A DNA stretch of 64,000 nt from Octopus bimaculoides (Eukaryota). The translations under genes and the position numbers were made by a program. Where the stretch lies: the NCBI RefSeq assembly GCF_001194135.2, contig NC_068987.1, positions 95,706,298 to 95,770,297 on the forward strand. Direction: 5' to 3'. This document shows, piece by piece, positions 11,420 through 25,432 of this stretch (its first letter is position 1; the number at the start of each line of letters is the position of its first letter). The notes under the pieces are model-generated. The model had not been told where the DNA came from and made no database searches. It saw nothing but the letters and a program-made list of their open reading frames with translations.

Positions 11420-12640
11420 TGAGTTTGTATGAGGGAGTAAAGATGAGTTAGAATTGGATCAGAGCTGTTGGAGGAGTTTGTGGTGAAAGTTGGTGTGCAT
11501 CAGGGATCTTGTGTTGTCACCATTGTTTTTTGCAATAGTGGTTGATGTGGTGACGGAGAATGCAAGAGAGGGATCGCTAATGGAGATATTGTATGCAGAT
11601 AAACTTGTTCTGATGAGTGAGACAATGGAGGGATTGAGAGAGAAGTTTTGGAAATGGAAGGAGGCATTTGAAAGTAAGGGTTTCAAGGTAAACCTTGGGA
11701 AGACAAAGGTGACGGTGAGTGGGGTGGAAGGAGAAGTGTTAGTAATGTAGATCCATGTGGTGTACGTGGGAGGAGGGTAATGGCAAATGCAGTGTTGTGT
11801 ACAAGATGTGAGAAATGGATTCATGGTAGATGTACGAAAATGAAGGTGACCCCAAGAATGGCAAGAGAGTTTGTGGAAGATGTGAGAAAGGAGCTGGAGG
11901 GCTGGCGGAGTCAGTGGAAACACTATGTGACAAGGTGGAGACAGTGAGAGGGTTTTGTTATTTGGGAGATAGGGTGGATGTAAGTGGTGGATATGAAGCA
12001 GCTGTGACAGCAAGAATAAGACTAGGCTGGGTGAAGTTCAGGGAATGTGGAGCATTGTTATATAGGGAAAGGTTCTTATTGAAGATGAAAGGAAAGTTCT
12101 ATAGGAGTTGTGTGAGAGCTGCAATGCTGTATGGGAGTGAGACATGGTGTCTGAGGGAGAGAGAGAGAGATGGCAATTTTGAGGACTGAGAGAGCAATGG
12201 TGAGAGAAATGTGTGGCGTGTGAGGTTGTTTGATAAGAGGAGGACTGAGGACTTGATGGGGATGCTGGGGTTGGAGGAATCGGTAAAACAGCTGGCAAGG
12301 GCGAATGGAGTGNNNNNNNNNNAGGAATCGGTAAAACAGCTGGCAAGGGCGAATGGAGTGCAGTGGTATGGGCATGTGTTGAGGAGGGATGAAGAGCATG
12401 TTCTGAAGAGGATATTAGAGTTTGAGATAACTGGACAGCAAAAGCGATGTAGACCAAGGAAAATGTGGAGGAGACAGGTGGAGGAGGAGATTGGGAGGGT
12501 TGATTTGAGAAGGGAGGATGCCCAAAACTGGGCAAAATGGTGAGATGGCATGAAGGCAGTTGCTATGGCAATGATGTAGATCTGGCCACCCCCATTAACG
12601 GGGACAAAATCTAGATTTAAAATGATGGATGATGATGATG
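11420..12640 (+). mobile_element. 5'-truncated, frameshifted RTE-clade LINE (RT C-terminal part and 3' end)
   Basis: Frames give VGVHQG..LSPLFFAIVVD, LYADKLVL (YADD), F-YLGD, MLYGSETW and WYGHVLRR. Ends in a (GAT)n tail. Confidence 0.93.
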
Positions 12641-12681
12641 ACTGTGTTTAAGAAATTTATTTTCTGAACCCTGTGATTTAA

Positions 12682-12899
12682 CCCTTTAGCATTCAAATTT
12701 CTGTCAAATGTAATGCTTATTTATTCACATTGATATTAATTAGCCATGCATCACTTTGTAACTTTGAGGTTTCAATGACATGATTATTTATTTTTAGAAT
12801 AATATTGTAGGGTAAGTGGGAGAGGCCAGATCTGGCCAGTTTGGAAATAAAACAGGTAGATTATTTTGGCCAGATATGGCCAGTTTAAATACTTAGGGG
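12682..12899. mobile_element. piggyBac-like TTAA MITE (second copy at 28416-28629)
   Basis: TTAA|CCCTTTAGCATT ... TAGGGG|TTAA. Internal sequence is shared with 28416-28629. Confidence 0.75.
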
Positions 12900-13580
12900 T
12901 TAAGGTTCACTCTCACTGCACGACATCTTGAGTAAATGTTTTCTTCTATAGCCCCAGGCCAATTAAAGCCTTGGGAATGGAATTGCTCAGCAGAAAGTGA
13001 AAGAAGCCTCTGTGTGCGTGTGTGTGTCCTTGTTTTGATATTGTTCAGCAGTTGTAAAACAGGTATCACTATTGTATAAACAGTGTTGTTCATTTCTGTA
13101 GAAAAACATGTCTTGCTATGGGGAAATATTATCTTGCTTAAAAACAGGTGAGGGTTGCTGACGGAAAAGACATCAGGTTGTACAAAATCTATTTCAATAA
13201 ATTCTGTCTGAGCCATGTAAACATGGAAAAGTGGGCATATTGTCAGCAATGACGGTATCTACATGAATAAATTCTTTCTTTAATACTGTTATTGTTTTAT
13301 TTAATACCTTATTAAAATTAGGATGATGGATGTTGTCCTTGAAATATACGTATGGGTTCTGTGATTTGGGGAAAATAATATAACAAACTCTGTACCAAAT
13401 TAAGTTTGAGAACCACTTCAATAAGCAGCTTAAAAGTAGCTTAAAAATAAAGATTCCTAATTCAAGTCCAGTCCAGTATTATGACGACACATCCAGGAAT
13501 AAGACATTTGATGATGGCTGGATATCAAGCTAATTAAGACATAATAATGATGTAAATAATAAAACAGTTTTCATCTTTAA

Positions 13581-13709
13581 CCTTTAGCATACTGTAAGCA
13601 CATCATGTTCATGTAAGAGTTTACTCCCCTCTCAATGCAACACAACACACCTGCAAATACAGGGGAGAAAACTAGTATGGTGATATGATGTGCTTAAGAG
13701 TGCTAAAGG
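13581..13709. mobile_element. piggyBac-like TTAA MITE, 129 bp
   Basis: TTAA|CCTTTAGCA ... TGCTAAAGG|TTAA, with internal inverted taagcacatcat/atgatgtgctta. Confidence 0.75.
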
Positions 13710-14116
13710 TTAAAGTTGTGGATGATATACTGAAAAATTACAAGCGGTAGATGTTATACATCTTATGAAAAAATGTAACTTAGATGTGTTTAGGAAAATA
13801 CATTTGTATCATACATGGAGCCTCAATGTGAATGTTCAACTTGCTAGAAATAGCTGCCAAACTACCCTCAAACCACATCTTACCATCTTAATCAAAGGAA
13901 GAACACCTTAGTTAGTATTGTCCTGGTCATATTATCTAAAACTAAGATGGGTTTGGATGATATTGTCAGGAATGGTATATTATGATCATAGCTCTCTTTG
14001 CTCAGAGCTAACAACAGGTTAAACAGCAATAACAATATTATACATATGTTGATTGGAGTTGACATCATATACATTTATGTGAATGCCACACACACACACA
14101 CACACACATACACACT

Positions 14117-14283
<167 letters not shown>

Positions 14284-16144
14284 ATCACAGAAAATATAAC
14301 AGAAAAGTCTAATTCTTCAATTGCATGTAACATGGGCAACGCTGGGTATCTCTGCTAGTTATATATATATAGCACTATTTCATTCTTCTTAGAAACCAAC
14401 AGCATAACATAACCTGAGGTATATCAATTAATTTAACATTTTATGAAGTAATGAAATGCATAGATTTCTTTTTTCTTTCTTCATAGAGCATTGCTTTATT
14501 CTCCCTAATTCTTCATTCCCTGAATTGCTTCTCTCTGGGATTCTCATTTCTGCCAATATTTCCATTTGAAATGCCACCATACAGAAATTCCAGCTAAACA
14601 TCAACTGAATCCCTCATGATGAGCTATATTTATCTATATGACCATTCAATGAGGGCATGAAAGTTTATAGACACAAACTTCTCTTCTTTAAACTAACAGA
14701 ATAATCTCTCTTCATATTCAACCTTTTTTTTTTTTGTGGACTTTATTGTCATATGAGAAGTGTATGTTTGTGGTTGTTTATATGTGTGTTTGAATGTGTG
14801 GTGTGCTTCTACCTCTGTGTGAGGATAAGTGTACATATGACTATGTGTGTGTGTGTGTGTATGTGTGTGAGTGTGATATAATCACATGCTCCCTCTCAGG
14901 AAGAAGTACCCACTTAAATTCATGAAATAAATATTGACCAACATAAAAACACATTTGAGACGCTGAGGAAAAGTTAGTAGCAACAAAAACTATTCTAATT
15001 AATTGACACTTGTCGACCAATCAGCCTTTACACCAATTGGAGGCATATATCAACAAAAAAATACACATTTACATAAGGTTGAAAGAGAAAGAGTGAGTGG
15101 TGGGGAGCTAACTAGCTAGCTAGCTAGCAAGCTAACCAGATATACAAATAAACACATGACAGCAGTACCTACAAAACTCACTCACTCACAACCTGATGTC
15201 ACATACTAAGTAATGAATCAGATCTTCACTACCAGAATTTTTTTATTCTATTTTTTACTAATGTTTTTATGTATAATTCTACTACTTTACCAATACAACA
15301 TGGCCCATTTTATTTATAATTTCACTGTATTTGCAATGTTTTATTTAATGATTTCATCTGACTAGAATACTAACTACTCTCACCACTAGATTTTTTTTTT
15401 TATATTTTTAATTTTTTTTTTTTTTTAAGTAGTACAAAATATAATTTATAGTCTATTTGATTAAACTCTGGTTTTATATTGATGATATTTTATTAAGTAG
15501 AGAGCAATAAAAATTTAAAGCCCTATACAGTATTTTTTCTTCTTCCTCCACATTATATCTTTCATCCTTCCAGGGTCAATAAAATAAGGAACTGAGACAT
15601 ACTAGGGACTATTCAAGCACTTAAGCTTCACTTCTACAAATTTATTATCATGTCCCAAGATTGGAAATAAAAAATAGAAAACGAATTGGTAGATGTGATA
15701 TATGAGCTTCATACCTTTGAGTACTTGAGTACACATTCTAATTCTGCTAAGATTGATTTTGGGGCCAATAAAATGGTTGCTAAACATATTTGTTGTAAGA
15801 TTACTATATAGATGTGTATGTGTTAATGTATATATGTTATGTATTATCATATGGTGTACATAATATGTATATATACCTGTATATATACAGGTACTCTTTG
15901 ACTTTTGATGAAGTTAAGGACTCATCACAAGTCAAAATTATCATAAATCAAAATGAAATTTTAACACATAGGAAAAGAAAATATTCAAAACTAAAATGTG
16001 AAACATCCTTATAATTAGTTGGTTGTGTACACATAGAACTTGAAAGTGATGGAAAGGTAGAGAAATGTGCAGAAGTTCATTGTATATACAGACATACATA
16101 TATGCACGCATACATACATATATGCATGCATACATACATACATT

Positions 16145-16182
<38 letters not shown>

Positions 16183-16738
16183 CGGAGATTTAAAAGTCCC
16201 TTTAGTTCAATATAAATCAACTAACAGCTCATTTCGCCATCTCTCTTTCCCTCACTCACACCTCCTGCCACCTCACTATCCATTACCTCCCTCTGACTCC
16301 CATTGACTAGAATCCTTACTCTGGAATCCCTGGGACAAGGCTCAGAGAACTTAGGTGGACCAGAATATTGCCAACCATGTGGACCATCTCAGACAATTGA
16401 ACCAGGTATGCCTGGACAGTTAACAGCATTCACATCACATTGAGACATTTCTAGATGATGAACAACCTCTCATCTTTGGTAATGGCATTATTTTTAAATG
16501 TATAAAATAATATGTGTTAGTGCCATATAAAATGTACCTGTGCAGGTACCGCATAAAAGGAACCTGTGCTGGTACTATGTGAAAAGCACCCAGTACACTT
16601 TATAAAGTGGTTGGCATTAGGAAGGTTATCCAGCCATAGACACCATGTCAAAACAGACGATTGTAGCCTGGTGCAGCTCTTCAGCTTGCTTGCCAGCTCT
16701 TGTCAAACTGTCCTGTCCATACCAGAAAATGGACTTTA

Positions 16739-16772
<34 letters not shown>

Positions 16773-18176
16773 CATAGACACACATTCACATACACACACT
16801 TAACATGCAACAGCAACAACAAAATAACAAAGATAGTATTAAAAATACGCATGACAAAATTATAACAAAATAAAAATTTTATATATAATTTCAATGCTAA
16901 AAGAACTTCTAAATCACATAGTGGTGTGTGTGTGTGTGTGTAGCTAGCTTTGTGTCTTGACATCATTTGCACACAGAGTAAAACAGGTGTCACTGCATTG
17001 AAAGGTGTCACTGTTTATGTTGGCTGCAAAAAATATGTCTGGTGTTGAATGGTTCATTATTTTTAAAAGAACCATTATTTTACTTGCAAACAAGTAAGGC
17101 TTGGCAACAGGAAAGCTTTCTAGTTATAGAAAAACTGCTTCAACAAGTCTCACCCAACCCATACTAGCATGGAAAAAAGCTTGTACTAAAACAATGATTT
17201 TGACAGTACGTAGGTAGGTTGATAAGTAGGTAGGTAGGTAGGTGGGTGGGTGGTTGGTTGCTTATGTAGGTAGGTAGGTATTTGTTAAATTACAGGAAGA
17301 AATGAATTTTGATGTAAGTAGCTTAAAAAATTCTTGCCAAAACTATTGTTTTGTGTGTGTGTGTGTATTTCATACATTGTTGGTCATGTGTGTAAAACCA
17401 TAATTGTGCGTGTGTGCATGTAAACATTTAATTACGATACAGAACATTTGTTCTGATATATTCATCCTGACTCATTTATATACTAACTTATTTATAACTT
17501 TGTAAAGGCTATGAGACTTGCAAATTATACTAGCTAAAAATTATTCATAATTCTTTTATTTTTCTTTTATATATCCCCTAATTTGAACTTACAACACATC
17601 TGTTTAAACTTATATCCCCTTTCAGTTAACATTAATCAATACACCTACAGACACATTTTGCAATCAATCATGTTTGGTGTCAGTTTTGATAGGTGTCGAC
17701 TGGCATTAAAGTAACTTTTAGTGTTTATACCTAAATGCAAAAAAGAACTTTCCGGAATATTTTAAGCTTATAAAAAACCTAGATTTCAGCTCACTTGTGT
17801 AATATTCTTATTTGCATCCAGAGGCTATATGCTATCTGGCCCAGTTTTATAAGATATCTCTCAAGTTTCTCTCGGCTATTTAATTATTGTTTATTGTACA
17901 TATCTAATTACAAAAATTCATATCATTACTGTAAATTATGTATATTATGACTTAGAACTATTAAACAATGTGATTAAAGAAGCATTACATTTGACAGAGT
18001 TATCTGAATGCTAAAGGGTTAAAGCAATATTGAGTAGACTATACTATGCTGATGAGGTGTAATAAGGCCAAAATGTGTCTATAGTTGTCTCCTTTGCTTG
18101 CAAGCAAATATCAAATTTTCTCCTGAGCATGTAAATTACCATATTTACTTATGTATTATTTTATACTTGATTTTAA

Positions 18177-18477
18177 CCTCTTAACATACACATATTTTTT
18201 TCAATTTCCGTCTCCAAATTATAGTTTTTTATTATTTATTTTGAATCCGTATATAAGGAAGAATAAGCACACAGATTATTTTGGCTGAGTTATGATTTAT
18301 TATGAAATTACTGATAGAAATAATAGTTACTGAGTTAATGATAGAATAACATCATGAACAAAGTATTTTGGGTTAGAAATAAGTGAGATACCTCAGAGCA
18401 CAGTGAACATATATTTCCATTCAAATATTTTCCTAGGCATCTCTGAATGAAAATATTCAGGATGATATGTTAAGAGG
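18177..18477. mobile_element. piggyBac-like TTAA MITE, 301 bp
   Basis: Perfect 12-bp TIR CCTCTTAACATA/TATGTTAAGAGG flanked by TTAA on both sides. Confidence 0.85.
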
Positions 18478-19696
18478 TTAAATGAAAAACCGAGATGTGA
18501 CTTACACATGAGGCAAAGCTAAAACTATGAAGATAAAAAATTTTGTACCAAGATTTAACACTAAATTTTAGATGTAACTTATACACAAGTGCAACTTAAT
18601 ACACAAGTGCAACTTATACTCAAGTACAACTTATACATGAATGAATATAGTAATTTTGAAAATTTGATTTTTAATCTCTTGAAATTATTCCCTCTTTTCA
18701 TTGAGAATCAGAAAAGGCTTGAACCGGTCATTCAGTTCCTCAGCCCCTCTTAAAGATTAAGTATCAATGATCTTTACCCACTCTTCCCTGACCTGGGTCA
18801 TCTTCTTCAATTGTCCCTAGCTCCATCAGATTTTCTCACTTCATTTTGTAGATCATATTGCCAGGAATTCTTTTCAGTTCAGCTGCAATTCTTTACTCAC
18901 GTTTTTGTAGAGACCTTCTAATCCCTAGAATTGCAAGATTTACTTTAGTTTCTTCCTTGACGTTTCTGTTGTGGGTGTAGGGATTTTTTTTTTTTTTTTC
19001 AGATCAAAACGCCTCAGCCCACATCAAACCTTCTACCTGTAAGACAAATAACTACTTTTTAATCTGTCTTCTGCTCTTTGACTTGCCCAACATGGTTGAA
19101 TCTGCTAGGGAGGCTAGACAGTATCTGTCTACCAAATCCACTCACAAGGCTTTGATTAGACCAGGGATATAGGAAAAGACATTTGCCCAAGGTGCCACTC
19201 AATGGAACTGAATCCAAGACCTCAGGGCTGGCAGGCAAGCTTCTTAACCATAGAGCCATGTCTGTGCCTTCTTGGTATTTAAAACAGATTCAAAATTCTG
19301 TGAAAGAGACCAAATAAAAGTAATAAGTGTAAATGGAACAGTTCTACAAACAGAAAAAAGGAACATACATTTTCATTTTTCAATTTAATGCATTACAATC
19401 AATAACCTTATTAAATGAAATTTAAAAAAAACCTGCAATTCAACAGATTGTATATAATCTACAGGTTATCTCATTTTACTAGAATGTTAGTCCCAATTCA
19501 CTCAATCTTGGAGGTATGGGTAATTATTTCTCTGATGTAGATGGAATCAAGAAATAGCCTTTCGTGTTGATAGAATGTGATAATAAAAATCTCTGAATAT
19601 TTAACAAGGTACCTTTCTCACTATAAATTCCATCATCTCACACACACACATGCACACAGCAATTTTGTTTATGTTTATGACCTTTCTTGTTGCTAG

Positions 19697-19799
19697 GTAA
19701 CAATGATGTCTTTGCTACAATACAACTGGGTAAAGAGAAATACCAGACAACCACCATAAAGAAAGCCCGCAACCCAGAATGGTTTGAAGAATGTGATCT
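19697..19799 (+). CDS. RAB11FIP: Rab11-FIP C2 exon, 103 nt: (G)NNDVFATIQLGKEKYQTTTIKKARNPEWFEECD(L)
   Basis: tgctag acceptor and CT|gtaagt donor. IQLGKEKY-T and P-W-EE motifs are characteristic of the RAB11FIP1/2/5 and Rip11 C2 domain. Confidence 0.96.
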
Positions 19800-21013
19800 G
19801 TAAGTACTGAAAATATTTTATTTTTCTTACTGGTATATTAGAATATTAATCCACCCAGAAGCAGCAGTAGCAGCAGCAGAGATGGTGGCAACAACAGCAA
19901 TAGCAGTAGTTATAGTAATAGTAATGATTATTTTTTTAAAGATTTTATTTTTGATCAAAAATTATTAACTGTGCAAAAAAATGGTTGATTAACTCAGGCC
20001 TGATGGAAGAGAATTTTGTGTAAGAGCTTTCAATATTTTGTGTGTGTATGTATGTGTGTGTGTGTGTGTCTGTCTGTCTGTCTTTCTGTCTGTCTGTGTC
20101 TGTGTGGATAAATCAGAGGAGAAGTCCCCATGACCTTTGCTAGGACGTTTGAGGCTGGTAGGAAGAAGCAAAGAAGTTATGCTTAGACCAGAGTCCTGGT
20201 CTGAATGCTTTCTCTGTTATAAGTACACATGGTCAGATGATAGTTTCTGTAAATCAAACAAGTATTTAAGTCTAATACAAAAACATGAACACTCTCCTTC
20301 CAACTTGCTTCTAAGCAGTTTCTCTCCACAAAATCGGAGAAAGATAGAAAAATTTAGGGAATAGTAAAAAGGGAAAAGAAGGGATAAAAAGAACAAACCC
20401 TGATGAATGTAAGTATGAGGCTGGAAGTCACTCAAGAAGTGTCTGAAATTTATGATAAAGCCAAAGAAAAATCATAGATTGTTTGATTTGGTGATGTACC
20501 TTAAGGAAGAGAATTGTAATAAAGAAGATAATTCAAACTTCTTTAAAATTTCTAGTTAGTGACAATCATGTATTGTACATGATTTCATTCTTTTTAGAAA
20601 TCATCAGCATGATATAACCTGTGACTTATTAATTACACATTTTATGAAATGAACATGTCATTAAAAATGGAAATAATTACAGTCTGGAGGAAATTCAATG
20701 GACTGTGTGTGTGTAAGAGAGAGAGAGAGAGATGTGTGTGTGTAAGAGAGAGAGAGATGTGTGTGTGTAAGAGAGAGAGAGATGTGTGTGTGTTTTCTTT
20801 TGTCATTTCTTTTTCCTTTTTCATAGAGTATTATTAGTAGTTTAACAATCAAGAGAAAAGAAAGAAAATCCTTAACATTCACATACTGTATAATGTAAAT
20901 AGATGCAAAAATCTAATTAGAAATAGTTAAGCAGTGACAAAGATTATTTTGTAGATAGTCAAAATATTTATGAATTTTTTAAAAATTTATTTATGTTTTT
21001 ATTTATTTTGTAG

Positions 21014-21142
21014 TTCAATTAGTAATAAAGATTCTGAAATTAAAGTCAATCTCTTTCATCGAGGCAAAATAGCTGATGAGCTTATTGGATATTGTATTAT
21101 ACCACTACAAGATTATCAGGACTATGACCAACAAAAAAGCCA
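21014..21142 (+). CDS. RAB11FIP: Rab11-FIP C2 exon, 129 nt: (L)SISNKDSEIKVNLFHRGKIADELIGYCIIPLQDYQDYDQQKS(H)
   Basis: ttgtag acceptor and CA|gtaagt donor. Phase 2-2 fits both neighbouring exons. HR...D-LIG matches the FIP C2 core. Confidence 0.93.
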
Positions 21143-21299
21143 GTAAGTTGCTTCATTTATATTTTTACTGATGAGTTTTATCTATATAGAGAATGTTCGG
21201 GCTAAATTTAATAGTTTGCATAAAAGGAGAAGAAAACACAATATTGCATCCAAAAATAAAAGTATTTAAAAAAGAAAAAAATGTCAAGTAGATTATGGC

Positions 21300-21990
21300 T
21301 GGGGGATAACGGTTTACTCAAAGTAGCCCTCAACTTCCACCATGACCTCATGATGGCTCCAAAACTAGACACATGCATTCCTCACTGTGTCCCTGGGAAG
21401 TTCTTCAAATATCTCCTTGATCTTGGTCATCAGCTTAGTCTTGGTGTCTTTCTCAACAATGTCCCACGCATAGTAATCCATGGGATTACAATCAGGGGGA
21501 TTGGAAGGCCAGAAATAGGGAATGGTGAGATTGTAGAGATTCTTAGACAACCACCTCTGACTCTTTCTGAATGTATGGTAAGACGCTGAATCCTGCTGCC
21601 ACTCATGGCCTTCTAGCAACTTCACATAGCCACCTGAATTGAGACTGATGCCCTATCCATCAGTTGTTGGATAAGTTCTGTCATGCAGATGTAATCAGAA
21701 CATCTGCTGTGTCCCTTCCTTCTGGCAATGGCTTTGTAGTCTTCTGTACAGCTTTCCATGTCAAATCTTACAACCTTTACAGTATGCATAGAGCATTGAG
21801 CAGCAGTCATGATGTTGGCATTTTGACACCCGGTGCAAATCATCATGACACAAATAACTTTTTTCCAATATTCAGATGGCTTCCAGTCCTCCATGACAGC
21901 TAACTTTTTCTCATCTACAACTTTAATCTTTTTGCTCTCTAATGCCTTCGTGCACCAATACATCAAGCTGTTCCAAAAAAAAGGAGGTAT
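21300..21990 (-). mobile_element. Deleted maT-family (DD37D) Tc1/mariner transposon
   Basis: ORF 21365-21625 has QQDS...WPSNPPDCNPMDY with exactly 37 residues between the two Asp. Upstream ORF 21622-21966 resembles a maT N-terminus. TIRs not resolved. Confidence 0.85.
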
Positions 21991-22044
21991 AAAAAGTCAT
22001 CAAATTTAGCTCAAACGCCACACACACACACACACACATACAGA

Positions 22045-22212
22045 TATCATCATCATCATCATCATCGTTTAACGTCCGCTTTCCATGCTAGCATGGATTG
22101 GACGATTTGACTGAGGACTGGTGAAACCAGATGGCTACACCAGGCTCCAATCTGATTTGGCAGAGTTTCTACAGCTGGATGCCCTTCCTAACGCGAACCA
22201 CTCAGAGAGTGT
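22045..22212 (-). mobile_element. Young family-B SINE 3' part
   Basis: (CAT)n-cgtttaacgtccgctttccatgctagcatgg... Near-identical in reverse complement to 23575-23733. Confidence 0.9.
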
Positions 22213-22299
22213 ACACACCCATACATTTCCTGAGTGTCAAACTAATATACTTGCTTGTTGTTCCCTCACCTGTTTTTGTCTTTTGTTTTCTGTAAATTT

Positions 22300-22380
<81 letters not shown>

Positions 22381-22804
22381 GCATGTTTGTATGTATGTAT
22401 GTATATACATATATATATGTACACAGCTGTCACTTTCCTCTTACACTCTCATGATCTTAACCACTGCCTCCTCTCAGTCCTCAGTGTGTATGTATATATA
22501 TGTGTGTGTGTGTGTATATATATATATGTAAAGCACCATCTGAACATGGCCAATGCCAGCGCCACCTTGATGGGCTTCCGTGCCAGTGGCACGTAAAAAG
22601 CACCCACTACACTCATGGAGTGGTTGGCATTAGGAAGGGCATCCAGCTGTAGAAACACTGCCAGATCAGACTGGAACCTGGTGCAGTGGTACCTTGTCCA
22701 AGGTACCACTTAGTGGGACTGAATGTGGGACCACATGGTTGGAACGCCAGATTCTTAACCACACACCCACACATGTGCCTAAGTGAGTGTGTATGTATGC
22801 ATGG

Positions 22805-22838
<34 letters not shown>

Positions 22839-23402
22839 NNNNNNNNNNNNNNNNNNNNNNNNNNNNNNNNNNNNNNNNNNNNNNNNNNNNNNNNNNNNNN
22901 NNNNNNNNNNNNNNNNNNNNNNNNNNNNNNNNNNNNNNNNNNNNNNNNNNNNNNNNNNNNNNNNNNNNNNNNNNNNNNNNNNNNNNNNNNNNNNNNNNNN
23001 NNNNNNNNNNNNNNNNNNNNNNNNNNNNNNNNNNNNNNNNNNNNNNNNNNNNNNNNNNNNNNNNNNNNNNNNNNNNNNNNNNNNNNNNNNNNNNNNNNNN
23101 NNNNNNNNNNNNNNNNNNNNNNNNNNNNNNNNNNNNNNNNNNNNNNNNNNNNNNNNNNNNNNNNNNNNNNNNNNNNNNNNNNNNNNNNNNNNNNNNNNNN
23201 NNNNNNNNNNNNNNNNNNNNNNNNNNNNNNNNNNNNNNNNNNNNNNNNNNNNNNNNNNNNNNNNNNNNNNNNNNNNNNNNNNNNNNNNNNNNNNNNNNNN
23301 NNNNNNNNNNNNNNNNNNNNNNNNNNNNNNNNNNNNNNNNNNNNNNNNNNNNNNNNNNNNNNNNNNNNNNNNNNNNNNNNNNNNNNNNNNNNNNNNNNNN
23401 NN

Positions 23403-23733
23403 ATATGTTGCCAGTACCGCCTGACTGGCCTTCGTAGGATTTTCGAGCAAGATCGTTGCCAGTGCCCCTGGACTGGCTCTTGTGCAAGTGGCACATAAAA
23501 TACACCATTTTGAGCATGGCCGTTGCCAGTACCGCCTGACTGGCCTTCGTGTGGGTGACATGTAAAAGCACCCACTACACTCTCTGAGTGGTTGGCATTA
23601 AGAAGGGCATCCAGCTGTAGAAACTCTGACAAATCAGATTGGAGCCTGGTGTTGCCATCCAGTTTCACCAGTTCTCAGTCAAATCGTCCAACCCATGCTA
23701 GCATGGAAAGCGGACGTTAAACGATGATGATGA
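23403..23733 (+). mobile_element. Young family-B SINE
   Basis: Ends ggaaagcggacgttaaacgatgatgatga. Same family as 38044-38278. Confidence 0.9.
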
Positions 23734-25319
23734 TATATATAATCCGATGCTGACATTTGGTTTTTCAAGTCTTTCAAACAGCCTCACGTAGACATCCCAG
23801 CTTGTGCCTAGTTAGCACTAACCCAAGTGGCTCTCCGCTGTCTATGGCTTACAGCCTACTGGCTCCTGTATGATGTCCAGTGTGTTGTTGACTTAAAACT
23901 AACAATGATGGACTGCCCATAATTAGAACAATAAACTAAACACTTTAGTGTTTTAACAATATACAGATATGCCCATTTATTATTTGCATATTCAAAGAAT
24001 TGAGCCTATGAATTTTGAATATAAATTTGATTGGATAACTTCATACTATAAATATATTCAGGTAGGTCTGATTGGAGCTTCTTAGCATGACACAATCACT
24101 ATATAAATTTCCTTCAGGAGGCTTGTAACTTGCATTGAGTTGCAGTTTAAACTAGAGAGCAGATAAATCTGCAGGCTGCATTCCACAACCTGTTGGCAGC
24201 AGATGCATTGATGAAGTAAAAAAAAAAAACCACTTTGCATCAGAAATGTCTCCAGTGCCACCTAAATATAGCTGTTCACATTCTTCTGTATCGATGTAAA
24301 AAAAAAAAAAAACTATGTAAGTATGAGGAAATAACTTTTACCTGTTTAGAAATATTCAGCTGAACTGTTTGAAGCTGAACAGAAAGTGTTTACATTATTA
24401 TTTATTCTTTATTTTCTTTTGGTAACACTTGCATGAGTGAAAGAATCATACTGCTGTGACAAATGTTTGGTTTATAAGTTAAGTAACCATGCTTAATTCT
24501 AAAACACAAACCACAGATTTAAAATCAGTTGTTCACATCCATCCCAGGTTTAATGAAAATTCAAGTTTAATACTTTGATTTAATTTGATATAGTGAAATA
24601 TTTTGACATTTGAAGTCTTTTGACAACGTCTTGTATTGACATTTGAACAATCTAGATTTAATTCATTGTATCTTAACAGGCTTAGGACATAATCCATATT
24701 CCTTTAGAAACATTTTGAGCAAATACAACTCTAAGTTGTTTTTTTTTTACTTATAAAGCAAAATTTTATGGAAATTTTATTTTGTATTTCAATCTGAAAG
24801 TTTTTCTGACACATGATATTCCAAAAAATTCAGGTCACTATATTGATGTAGAAAAAAAAATGGGGTTTTTTTTGTTTTTGGGGGTCTTTTTGGTGTTTTT
24901 GGTTTGTGTTTCTTTGCGTATGTTTACAACATCTACAATGCAGTTCTGACTGAGAGTGTCAAGTTTCATTTTCCAGCAGTAGTTAGCAAGCATTCCTTCT
25001 GCTCATTTGTCTTGATATCTTTTTTCAACAACAGAAGTATTTTGATGAAATCTTTCAGCATGCTTGTTAGATAACATCACCAAGACTTTCACAAAAAATG
25101 GCAAATGAGAATGTAGCAGTTGAACTTTTGGTGACATTTCCTATTCCAAAGCTTGATAGTTTAGGACAAATTATATACAATATTCTCTAAACATTTAATT
25201 CTATCTTCTTTAGAAACTGAGGTAAATGATCACTAAGAATCAGTTTACATTGATCTGATCCTCAGATCAGATCAATGAAACCCCTCCACCTTCTTGATTT
25301 CAATATGAGAAATAGTTAA

Positions 25320-25390
25320 GGTGGAGAGCTGGCAGAATTGTTAGCACATTCTGAGTTCAAATTCTGCCAAGGTCAACTGCCTTTCATCCT

Positions 25391-25432
<42 letters not shown>

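Noticed and set aside
12275-12360. 38-bp direct repeat in the RTE fragment
   Set aside because: It flanks a 10-N gap and is probably overlapping contig ends, not biology.
25248-25277. Perfect 13-bp hairpin CATTGATCTGATC-ctca-GATCAGATCAATG
   Set aside because: Short and isolated, built from GATCA/GATCT repeats, with no context suggesting function.
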